Shown here one piece after another: positions 34,852 through 42,722 of a stretch of DNA of 58,474 nucleotides. This DNA comes from Chloroflexota bacterium (lineage in GTDB: Bacteria; Chloroflexota; JAJPGV01). Where the stretch lies: the NCBI GenBank assembly GCA_050695655.1, contig JBOGTU010000166.1:1-58474 (forward strand). The letters are read 5' to 3'. The notes under the pieces are model-generated. The model made no database searches. It was not told the DNA's origin and was given only the letters and a program-made list of their open reading frames with translations. Both the position numbers and the translations under genes were made by a program. Within the stretch, counting starts at the first letter, position 1. Each line of letters begins with the position of its first letter.

Positions 34852-36159
34852 TCAACCATTGGTGGCCGGTGCCGCCCCGGCAGGCAGCTCTCGCGGCCCC
34901 TGTTCGGCCTCCATGGCAGCTATGGCGGCGGTGGCGTCGTACCGGGCCAGCTCAGGGAAGCGCCGCGCCACGAGGACCAAACCCAACAGGCAAGCCAGGC
35001 CGCCACTCACAACCGAGAACTGCGCGCTGGTGGCCGAGGCCACCATGGTGGCCTCGATGTCGCCCAGCCGCGGGCCGCTGGTCACCACCATCATGTGGAG
35101 CGAGGAGACGCGGCCCCGAAGCGCATCGGGCGAGGTGAGCTGATTGATGGTGCTGCGCAGTATGGCGCTGATGGCATCGGCCCCGCCGGCGACGGCCAGG
35201 AACAGCATCGCCAGCGGCAGCGACGGCATGAGGCCGAAGAGGGTGATGGCGGCGCCCCATACCCCCACCACGCCTATGAGCACCCGGCCCTGCCAGCGTG
35301 CCCGCTGCAACCAGCCTGATGTGACCACGCCAAGCACAGCTCCCGCCGCCGGCGCGGACACCAGCAGGCCCAGCCCTTGCGGCCCGGCATGGAAAAAGTC
35401 CAGGGCCAGCACTGGGAACAACGCCACCGGCAAGCCGAAGACCATCGCATCCAAATCGATCACAAAGCCAGAGAGGATGACCGGCACCCGCCGCACAAAG
35501 CGCAGCCCCTCCCGCACCGATTCCAGGCTGGGGCGGGGCACGTCGTGCAGGGGCGGGATGCTGGGCAAGGCCAGGAGCGCAATAAACGCGGCGCTGAAGG
35601 TGGCGGCGTCCACGCCGTAGGCCGCCGGCAGTCCGCCCCAGGCGATGAGCAGGCCGCCCAGGCCAGGCCCAATCACGCTGGCCGTTTGGTACGTCGCCTG
35701 ATTGATGCTGATCGCCGCCGAGAGCCGTTCTCGCGTGACCAGCCGCGGAATCAAGGCCGAGCGCGCCGGCGAATCGAGCGCGCTGAAGGCGGAGCCGAGA
35801 AAGGCCAGCAGGAAGAGCAGCCAGGGTGTGGATTGGTTGGCCAGTGCCATGAGCGCCAGGCAGGTGCTCACCGCGCACAGGGCCGTTTGCGTGCAAAAGA
35901 GGAGCGCTCGCCTATCCACCGCGTCCGCCACGGCACCGCCCACCAGTGAGAACAACAGAATGCCAGCCAGCTGCACGCTGGACAGTGCTCCGAGCGCCAG
36001 CGCCGAGTGAGTGGTGACGTAGAGCTGGTAGGGCAGGGCAATGCGCGTAACCTGCGCCCCCATGCCATTGATGGCCTGGCCAATCAGGATGGCACGGTAC
36101 TCCCGATGATGCCGCAGCGGCGACAGGTCGAGGGTCAGGTTACGCAGCGACGGCACCAT
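34852..36159 (-). CDS. MFS transporter (EntS/DHA3-like)
   Basis: 435 aa with ~12 hydrophobic helices. N-terminal LRHHREYRAILIGQAINGMGAQVTRIALPYQLY and GGAVADAVDRR motifs are typical of this MFS subgroup. Confidence 0.8.
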   Translation of the reverse strand: MVPSLRNLTLDLSPLRHHREYRAILIGQAINGMGAQVTRIALPYQLYVTTHSALALGALSSVQLAGILLFSLVGGAVADAVDRRALLFCTQTALCAVSTCLALMALANQSTPWLLFLLAFLGSAFSALDSPARSALIPRLVTRERLSAAISINQATYQTASVIGPGLGGLLIAWGGLPAAYGVDAATFSAAFIALLALPSIPPLHDVPRPSLESVREGLRFVRRVPVILSGFVIDLDAMVFGLPVALFPVLALDFFHAGPQGLGLLVSAPAAGAVLGVVTSGWLQRARWQGRVLIGVVGVWGAAITLFGLMPSLPLAMLFLAVAGGADAISAILRSTINQLTSPDALRGRVSSLHMMVVTSGPRLGDIEATMVASATSAQFSVVSGGLACLLGLVLVARRFPELARYDATAAIAAMEAEQGPRELPAGAAPATNG

Positions 36160-36281
36160 TCGAGATCATAGGCGCTCGGATGAACGTGAAGCGTCTTCAC
36201 GGGCAGGCCGGCGGTGTGTAAGATGGGGAGAGCAACGGCCACAATGGAGGCCACGAGCGTTGGGTAGGTAGAGGCGGCGCG

Positions 36282-38342
36282 GTGAAGATTCTCGACCGTC
36301 CTGGCGTTGAGCCGGTGGAAGACGGAGAACCAGCGGCGGGCACGGCCACGCTGTACCACACAGCGGACTTTCTGCCCGGCCGCTTTGCTGGCATTCTCAC
36401 GCGCCTTGGGATCGTTCCGCGCCTCATGGGCGAGCCCGCGGCCGTGGATGTTGCTGAGCCGCACGTGTTCCTCCTGCCGGCGCGCGCGCTGCTGAAGCCG
36501 CGACTGGCTGAGGCCATCGCCCAGTTGCACGGCGACCTTTCCACGGTCATCGTTGCCGGCGGCGGCGCAGCTGATCGCGGCTGCCTACCATCCCCGGTGC
36601 GCGACATCGTGTTTGCCTGGCTGGATGAGCCTATCGGCGAGGACGCTCTGCACTTCGCGCTGCGCACGTCGCTGCGGCAGATCGAACTGCTGCGCAACGC
36701 GCGCCAAACCCTGCAGGACCTGGACCAGCGGACAGAGCAGATGGCCGTGCTGAACCAGGTGGGCATTGCCCTATCCGCCGAGCGAGACATGGATGCGCTG
36801 CAGCACCTCATCCTTCAGCGCGCCCGCGAGCTTACGAGCGCCGACGCCGGCAGCCTCTACCTGGTGGCCGAAGATGAGCAGCCGGCCCTTGATGCGCAGG
36901 GGCGGCCGGTCAACGACTCGGACGGCAGCCCGGTCTCCCGACACGTGAAGATCCTCGCCTTCAACAAGACGCAGAACTACTCCAACCCATCCGACTTCAC
37001 CGCCTTCAAGCTGCCGCTCACCACCAGCAGTGTGTCCGGCTATGTGGCCACCACCGGGCAGGTGGTGCAGCACGAAGACATGTACCACCTTTCCGAGGGC
37101 CTGCCCTACAGCTTCAATGTGGATTTCGACAAGCGCAGCGGGTACCGCACGAAATCCATGCTCACCGTGCCCATGGTCAACATGGAAAAGGAGATCATCG
37201 GCGCCATCCAGCTCATCAACCGCAAGCGCAACGCCGAGGCCAAGCTCACGCTGGAGAGTGTGGAGGACGAGGTCCTGCCCTTCAGCGATGAAGATCGCGA
37301 CCTGGCGCTCTCCTTCGCCAGCCAGGCGGCCGTGGCGCTCGATAACAAGCGGCTGATGGACAGCATTCAAACCCTGTTCGAAGGCTTTGTCACCGCCTCT
37401 GTGCAGGCCATCGAGTCGCGCGATCCCACCACGTCGGGCCACTCCGGGCGCGTGGCCATCCTCACCGTAGGACTGGCGGAGGTCGTGAACCAGGTGGCAG
37501 CCGGCCGCTTCAGCGACACCTACTACCGTTACGAGGATCTTAAGGAGATCCGCTACGCCTCACTGCTGCACGATTTCGGCAAGGTTGGCGTTCGCGAACA
37601 CGTGCTGGTGAAGGCCAAGAAGCTGTACGACTGGCAGATACAGCAGATTCACGGGCGCTTCGGCGTCGCACAAGCCGCTCTCGAGGCGCGCTTCCTGCGG
37701 CGCAAATTAGAGTACCTCACGCGCCACGGCAATGCCCCCGGCTGGGAGGATGCCCTGGAGGGCATCGACCGCGACTACGCCAACGAAGTGGAGCAGCTTC
37801 AGCAGTACTGGCAAGTGATCAAGCAGGTGAATGAACCCAGCGTGCTTGAGGACAACAGCTTCGCCCAGCTCACCGCCATCTCCAGCCTCACCTATGAGAC
37901 GCCGGAATCCGGCCCGGAACCGCTGGTGGAATCGGCTGAGCTGCAGAAGCTGTCCATCAAGAAAGGCAGCCTGGACGATAACGAGCGGCTGGAGATCGAG
38001 TCGCACGTGACGCATACCTACAAGTTCCTGACCAAGATTCCCTGGACCAAGGAGCTGCAGCACGTGCCCGAGGTTGCCTGGGCGCACCACGAAAAGCTGG
38101 ATGGCTCGGGCTACCCCAATGGCTTGACCTCTGAGCAGATCCCCCTGCAGTCCAAGATGATGACCATCTCGGACATCTACGATGCGCTTACCGCCTGGGA
38201 CCGCCCCTACAAGAAAGCGGTGCCCGTGGACAAAGCCCTGCAGATCCTGGGCTGGGAGGTGAAGGATGGGCATGTGGACGCGGACCTATTGGAGCTGTTC
38301 ATCCAGAACCAGGTGTACGAGCGGACCGCTCGCCCGGCCTGA
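36282..38342 (+). CDS. Multidomain signalling protein: N-terminal receiver-like region, GAF domain, HD-GYP phosphodiesterase domain
   Basis: GAF-like region (SADAGSLYLV...MLTVPMVNMEKEIIGAIQLINR). HD-GYP motifs SGHSGRVA, LLHDFGKVGV and HHEKLDGSGYPNGL. Confidence 0.8.
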   Translation: MKILDRPGVEPVEDGEPAAGTATLYHTADFLPGRFAGILTRLGIVPRLMGEPAAVDVAEPHVFLLPARALLKPRLAEAIAQLHGDLSTVIVAGGGAADRGCLPSPVRDIVFAWLDEPIGEDALHFALRTSLRQIELLRNARQTLQDLDQRTEQMAVLNQVGIALSAERDMDALQHLILQRARELTSADAGSLYLVAEDEQPALDAQGRPVNDSDGSPVSRHVKILAFNKTQNYSNPSDFTAFKLPLTTSSVSGYVATTGQVVQHEDMYHLSEGLPYSFNVDFDKRSGYRTKSMLTVPMVNMEKEIIGAIQLINRKRNAEAKLTLESVEDEVLPFSDEDRDLALSFASQAAVALDNKRLMDSIQTLFEGFVTASVQAIESRDPTTSGHSGRVAILTVGLAEVVNQVAAGRFSDTYYRYEDLKEIRYASLLHDFGKVGVREHVLVKAKKLYDWQIQQIHGRFGVAQAALEARFLRRKLEYLTRHGNAPGWEDALEGIDRDYANEVEQLQQYWQVIKQVNEPSVLEDNSFAQLTAISSLTYETPESGPEPLVESAELQKLSIKKGSLDDNERLEIESHVTHTYKFLTKIPWTKELQHVPEVAWAHHEKLDGSGYPNGLTSEQIPLQSKMMTISDIYDALTAWDRPYKKAVPVDKALQILGWEVKDGHVDADLLELFIQNQVYERTARPA

Positions 38343-38482
38343 AGGTGGCATGTGTCACGGCCTCCCGCCATCATCGCACTTGGCCGGAGTGACGGCACGC
38401 CATAGCCGTTGAGCGCAGGCGGCGCATCGCCGTCATTGGCCCAGGCGACGCGCTGGGGCACATTGCCCAACTGGCGCAGCAG

Positions 38483-38860
38483 GTGGGCCAGTTCCTCGGC
38501 TGGGCCGGCTGCGACGTCTACACCGGCGGCCTCGGAGGAGTGATGGAAGCGGCCGCGCGCGGCGCCATTCAGGCGGGCGCCGTCACCATCGGCATTCTGC
38601 CCGGCAGCGAGGCCAGCGATGCCAACACGCAGATCACCATCCCCGTGGCCACTGGCATGGGTGAAGCGCGCAACCTTATTCTCATCCGCTCCGTTGAGGC
38701 GATCATCGCGGTGGGCAAGGGCTACGGCACCCTGTCGGAGCTCGCTTTCGCCCTGCGGGCCCAAAAGCGCGTGGTCACGCTCGAAAGCTGGGACATCGAA
38801 GGGGTGATTCCCGCCGAATCGCCGGAAGCCGCCGTCCGTGAGGCGCTGCGTCAGGCATGA
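38483..38860 (+). CDS. TIGR00725/LOG-like (Rossmann-fold nucleotide-binding, SLOG-related) protein; start unresolved
   Basis: YTGGLGGVMEAAARGA, TIGILP and AVGKGYGTLSELAFAL are LOG/TIGR00725 motifs. The in-frame upstream sequence (38393-38482) encodes RRRIAVIGPGDA, the expected N-terminal Gly-rich motif, but contains no ATG/GTG/TTG. Confidence 0.65.
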   Translation: MGQFLGWAGCDVYTGGLGGVMEAAARGAIQAGAVTIGILPGSEASDANTQITIPVATGMGEARNLILIRSVEAIIAVGKGYGTLSELAFALRAQKRVVTLESWDIEGVIPAESPEAAVREALRQA

Positions 38861-38895
38861 TCGGCGCCTCTTCCCGCGGGGCAGCCGCGGAGACC

Positions 38896-39261
38896 CTACA
38901 CCTCTTTGTGCTGGATGTCGATGCGATGCGAGCCGGGGACAAAGGTGGATTCCGCTCGGGCCCATAAGCGCTGCCAGGCCTCGTCCGAGCTCTGTTTCTG
39001 CTGCTCGTCCTGCAGCTCGCCGCGGGTCTCATAGCTCACTTCAATGCGAAATTTGCCGGAGTCCAGGTCCAGCGGCCGGTAAGTGACCGGCAGCTTGTAG
39101 CCCTGCTTCTGGTGGTACTGCCGGAACTGTCGGGCTACGCTGAGGAACTCCTGGATCTGATCGGGCTTCACCCGAAATTCCGACACCCAGCTGTACAACG
39201 TGAGCTTCCGAGCACCTTCCTCACAACCGGCCCTGAAACGCGCACGCGAATTGGGCCACAT
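38896..39261 (-). CDS. Hypothetical small protein (121 aa), possibly ferredoxin-like alpha+beta (ABM/Dabb-like) fold
   Basis: This is the C-terminal 121 codons of the 519-aa track ORF. LYSWVSEFRVKPDQIQEFL...RIEVSYETRGEL resembles ABM-type barrels, but that is a weak guess. The upstream part of the track ORF is antisense to the MgtE-N/CBS gene. Confidence 0.45.
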   Translation of the reverse strand: MWPNSRARFRAGCEEGARKLTLYSWVSEFRVKPDQIQEFLSVARQFRQYHQKQGYKLPVTYRPLDLDSGKFRIEVSYETRGELQDEQQKQSSDEAWQRLWARAESTFVPGSHRIDIQHKEV

Positions 39262-39299
39262 TACCCTAACATGCACTGCTGAGCCGGTCAATCGCCTAT

Positions 39300-39495
39300 A
39301 CTTCTGGTGAGCCCCAGGCATCGATACCTCAGTGGGCTCAGGAGGCGACAGTCCACCGTGGACGATGGTCACAGTACCCGGTTCGGTTCCCACGATCACG
39401 GCATCTCGCTTTCGGAGGAGCACCGCCAGCTTGAGCTGAAACAGGCCTGACGGACATCTCCGGAAGGGGCAACACACCCCAACGGAGGAGGTGAC
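39300..39495 (+). promoter_or_regulatory. Structured 5' leader, candidate M-box (ykoK-type Mg2+) riboswitch with SD-sequestering platform
   Basis: Blocks occur in M-box order as I recall the B. subtilis mgtE leader: GGUGAG (39306), GAUAC (39323), GACGAUGGUCACAG (39361), GCUGAAAC..CUGACGG (39435-39453). A closing helix CUUCUGG (39301-07) / CCGGAAG (39460-66) is possible. CGGAGGAG is duplicated at 39413-20 and 39483-90 (the latter is the SD), and CUCCG at 39458-62 can pair with either copy. Confidence 0.4.
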
Positions 39496-39501
39496 ACGCC
39501 A

Positions 39502-40734
39502 ATGGCCTTTCTCAGCCAAATTGTCGGCAAGCCGGTCTACGACAGCCAGCAGCACAAGCTCGGCAAGCTGAACGACGTCTCCATTCCCGCCTACGGCACG
39601 CCCTACCCTAGCGTGTCCGCCATCCAGGTCGGCCAGCGCTGGGTGCCCTGGAATCAAGTGAAGTCGCTTGAGGATCGGATCGAGCTGGCTGTAGCCGCGG
39701 ACGATCTGCACGAGTACACCCTGCAATCGCATGATGTGCGGCTGCGCTATGAGGTGCTGGATCACCAGATTGTGGACATCGAAGGCCGCAAGGTGCGACG
39801 TGTGAACGACCTGGCCCTTTCTCACACCAACGGCCACTACTCGCTCATGGGCGTGGACATCTCCACCCGCGCTCTCATGCGGCGGCTCGGCCTGGGCAGC
39901 GTGGTGAACCACCTGGGCAGCACCAATTCCGATCTCATCGCCTGGGCCGACGTGGATCCTGTCCGGAGCGACACGAACGTGGGTGTTCGGCTGCGGCGCT
40001 CGCGCCAGACTATCTCGCGGCTGCACCCATCGGACCTGGCAGATATCGTGGAGGAGCTCACCGTCACCGAAGGCGTGAGCCTGCTCAACACACTGGACGA
40101 CGAGCACGCCGCCGACGTGCTGGAAGAAGTGGAGGACGCACGCCAGGCCGACATCCTGGAGCAAATGGAGAGTGAGCGCGCGGCGGACATCCTGGAGGAG
40201 ATGGCGCCGGACGACGCGGCCGACGTGCTGGCCGACATGGATCCGGAAAAGGCGCGGCAAGTGCTGAGCCTCATGGACGCCGAAGCGCACGAGGATGTGG
40301 CCGAGCTGCTGGGTTACGATGAGGATACCGCGGGCGGCATCATGACCACGGACTATGTGGCCGCCGCGCAGGACTACACCGCCGCGCAGACGCTGGAGCA
40401 CATCCGCACCCACTGCCGCGAAATCGACATGGTCTACAACGTCTACGTGGTGCACGACCTGGAGAGCGAGCAGCTCTCCGGCGTGGTCACCCTGCGTGAC
40501 CTCATAATGGCCGACCCCAGCGCGCGGCTTGCCTCATTCATGCAGCTGGAGCCAGCCAGCGTGAAGCTGAGCGACAACCAGGAAGAGGTTGCCCGCACGA
40601 TCGCCAAATACAACCTTATGTCAATTCCCGTCGTCGACGCCGCCAACCGCCTGCACGGCATTGTGACGGTGGATGACGCGGTGGATATCCTCTTGCCCAC
40701 GGCCTGGAAGAAGCGCCTCCCCAGGATTTTCTAA
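39502..40734 (+). CDS. PRC-barrel + MgtE N-terminal domain + CBS-pair protein (no MgtE membrane domain)
   Basis: N-terminal PRC-barrel-like repeats (IVGKPVYDS...KLGKLNDV; VLDHQIVDIEGRKVRRVNDL). The acidic MgtE_N helices are DDEHAADVLEEVEDARQADILEQMESERAADILEEMAPDDAADVLADMDPEKA. The CBS pair reads GGIMTTDYV...VYVVHD...LSGVVTLRDL...MSIPVVDAANRLHGIVTVDD. The protein ends at WKKRLPRIF, where the TM domain of full-length MgtE would begin. Confidence 0.8.
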   Translation: MAFLSQIVGKPVYDSQQHKLGKLNDVSIPAYGTPYPSVSAIQVGQRWVPWNQVKSLEDRIELAVAADDLHEYTLQSHDVRLRYEVLDHQIVDIEGRKVRRVNDLALSHTNGHYSLMGVDISTRALMRRLGLGSVVNHLGSTNSDLIAWADVDPVRSDTNVGVRLRRSRQTISRLHPSDLADIVEELTVTEGVSLLNTLDDEHAADVLEEVEDARQADILEQMESERAADILEEMAPDDAADVLADMDPEKARQVLSLMDAEAHEDVAELLGYDEDTAGGIMTTDYVAAAQDYTAAQTLEHIRTHCREIDMVYNVYVVHDLESEQLSGVVTLRDLIMADPSARLASFMQLEPASVKLSDNQEEVARTIAKYNLMSIPVVDAANRLHGIVTVDDAVDILLPTAWKKRLPRIF

Positions 40735-40843
40735 CTGCGCGGTCATCGCGGCATCCACCGCCAGCGTCAGCCCTCCCCGTCCCGGATGTCGCGGTCCAGC
40801 TCTCGGCATGCCTGCCCGCGCATGGCCTACCATTTTCAGCGTC

Positions 40844-41827
40844 ATGTCATACACCACTGACCTCTACGCCCTCCTCGAGCTCGATGCCGAGACCTCCCTG
40901 CAAATCGTTCCCGCGCGGACCTTGCTGGACGCGGCCCAACGGGAGCTCAGCGGCGGCCACTTGATCCAGGCCGGGTCTGCCGTCCTGGTCACAGGCGGGA
41001 CCGAGCCGGCTGAGCCGGCGCTGCTGCGCACACTGCGTGCGCTGTATCCGCCGGGCCATGGCATACGCCGCACCTCGGCCGGGCTGTTTGCTCCACCCTT
41101 GCCGCCACTGGAGCACGGCTCCTACCTGGCTGCCGTGCAGTACGTCACCGAGCGGCTGCGCGCCAGCGATGGCTGCCCGTGGGATCGCGAGCAGAACCAC
41201 CAATCCATCAAGGGCAACTTGCTGGAGGAAGCATATGAGGTTGTGGATGCGCTGGATGCGGGCGACCCCGCCAAGCTGTCCGAGGAGTTGGGCGACCTGC
41301 TCTTTCAGGTGACCCTGCACGCCGAGATCGCTCGCCAGCAGGGCGAGTTCGACCTGCGGGACGTCGCTCTGGGCATCACCTCCAAGCTGGTGCGCCGCCA
41401 TCCACACGTGTTCGCGGACGGCAGCGCCAGTACCGCGGCCGAGGTTCTCCAGAACTGGGACGAGATCAAAAAGAAGGAGCGCGGAGGATCAGCCTCTCTT
41501 CTGGCTGGTGTCGCCGTGGCCATGCCCGCGCTGGCGTATGCGCAGGAAGTGGCCAAGCGCGCTGCGCGGCAGGGCTTCCATCAAGCGCGAACGGATCCAG
41601 CGCTCGCGGCGTTGCGCGAGGAGCTGGCTGAGCTGGGCAGCCCAGCGCACGAGGCCGTCGTCCGGGAGCGCCTGGGCAGCGTACTCTTTGAGCTGGTGCA
41701 GCTGGCGCGAGACCACGGCGTGGAGGCCGAGGAGGCGCTGCGCATGGAGAACCGCCGCTTCCGTGCGGCCTTCGAGCGGTGGGACGCCACAGTCCACGAC
41801 CAGGGCACTCCGCTGGCCAGCCAGTGA
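40844..41827 (+). CDS. mazG: MazG nucleoside triphosphate pyrophosphohydrolase (YabN-like, degenerate N-terminal domain)
   Basis: Two MazG repeats: CPWDREQNHQSIKGNLLEEAYEVVDAL...ELGDLLFQV...RRHPHVF, and a second EELAELG...LGSVLFELVQLAR. ATG 40844. Confidence 0.8.
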   Translation: MSYTTDLYALLELDAETSLQIVPARTLLDAAQRELSGGHLIQAGSAVLVTGGTEPAEPALLRTLRALYPPGHGIRRTSAGLFAPPLPPLEHGSYLAAVQYVTERLRASDGCPWDREQNHQSIKGNLLEEAYEVVDALDAGDPAKLSEELGDLLFQVTLHAEIARQQGEFDLRDVALGITSKLVRRHPHVFADGSASTAAEVLQNWDEIKKKERGGSASLLAGVAVAMPALAYAQEVAKRAARQGFHQARTDPALAALREELAELGSPAHEAVVRERLGSVLFELVQLARDHGVEAEEALRMENRRFRAAFERWDATVHDQGTPLASQ

Positions 41828-42654
41828 TTGTGGATGCGCACGTCCATCTCTTTCCACCGCGGGTAGCTGCTGCCCGGGAGGACTACCTGGAGCGCGATGC
41901 CTGGTTCCGCGCCCTGTATTCGCGACCCCGCGCCCGGATGGGCAGCATGGCAGAGCTGCTGACCAGCATGGACGGCAGTGGCATCGAGCGCAGCGTCGTT
42001 GCCGGCTTCCCCTGGGCCAGCCAGGAGCTGTGCGAGCTGCACAATGCCTTCTTGGCGCAGCTCCCGCGTGACCGGCTCACGGCGCTGTGCACCGTGCAAC
42101 CGCGCGCCGGCCAGCGCGCGGTGGACGAGCTGGCCCGTTGCCTGGCTGCCGGCTTCGCCGGCTTGGGCGAAATGAACCCGGATGCGCAGGGCTTCGGCCT
42201 GGATGAGGCCAACCTGCTGAACCCGCTGATCGACCTGTTGAAGGCGGCCCACGCGCCACTGCTGCTGCACTGCAGCGAACCTGTGGGCCACCCGTACCCC
42301 GGGAAGGGCCACACCACCCCGGAAAAGGTGTTTCCCTTCGCCCTGGCCAACCGCCAGCTCACGCTGGTGGCAGCACACTGGGGCGGCGGCCTGCCCTTCT
42401 ATTACCTCATGCCCGAGGTTGGTCCGGCCCTGCCGAACCTCTACTTCGACTCCGCCGCCAGCGACTACCTGTACGACCAGCGCGTGTTTCCCACGGCGGC
42501 GGGCCTGGTGGGTGCGAGCCGCGTGCTGTTTGGCAGCGACTATCCGCTCATCCCGCAGCGGCGCGCCCTCCGCTTTGCCCGCGCCGCGGCCCTGCAGGCT
42601 GGCGTGGAGGCCGCCTTCCGTGGTGGCAACGCCCTCGCGATCTATGGCGGCTGA
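41824..42654 (+). CDS. Amidohydrolase-2 family metal-dependent hydrolase (TIM barrel)
   Basis: VIVDAHVHLFP N-terminal His-x-His, LLLHCSEP, AHWGGG, and FGSDYPL at the C-terminus. GTG 41824 overlaps the mazG stop (GTGA). Confidence 0.75.
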   Translation: MIVDAHVHLFPPRVAAAREDYLERDAWFRALYSRPRARMGSMAELLTSMDGSGIERSVVAGFPWASQELCELHNAFLAQLPRDRLTALCTVQPRAGQRAVDELARCLAAGFAGLGEMNPDAQGFGLDEANLLNPLIDLLKAAHAPLLLHCSEPVGHPYPGKGHTTPEKVFPFALANRQLTLVAAHWGGGLPFYYLMPEVGPALPNLYFDSAASDYLYDQRVFPTAAGLVGASRVLFGSDYPLIPQRRALRFARAAALQAGVEAAFRGGNALAIYGG

Positions 42655-42722
42655 TCTCGGGGGCCCGCGGGATCGCGGCTCAGTCTAGGCCCAGTCCGCG
42701 CAGCCTCTGGGGCTCGGCGCTG

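Noticed and set aside
39262-40455. Upstream ~400 codons of the 519-aa track ORF (38896..40455)
   Set aside because: It is antisense to the PRC/MgtE-N/CBS gene and crosses the structured leader. Only the last 121 codons look like a gene.
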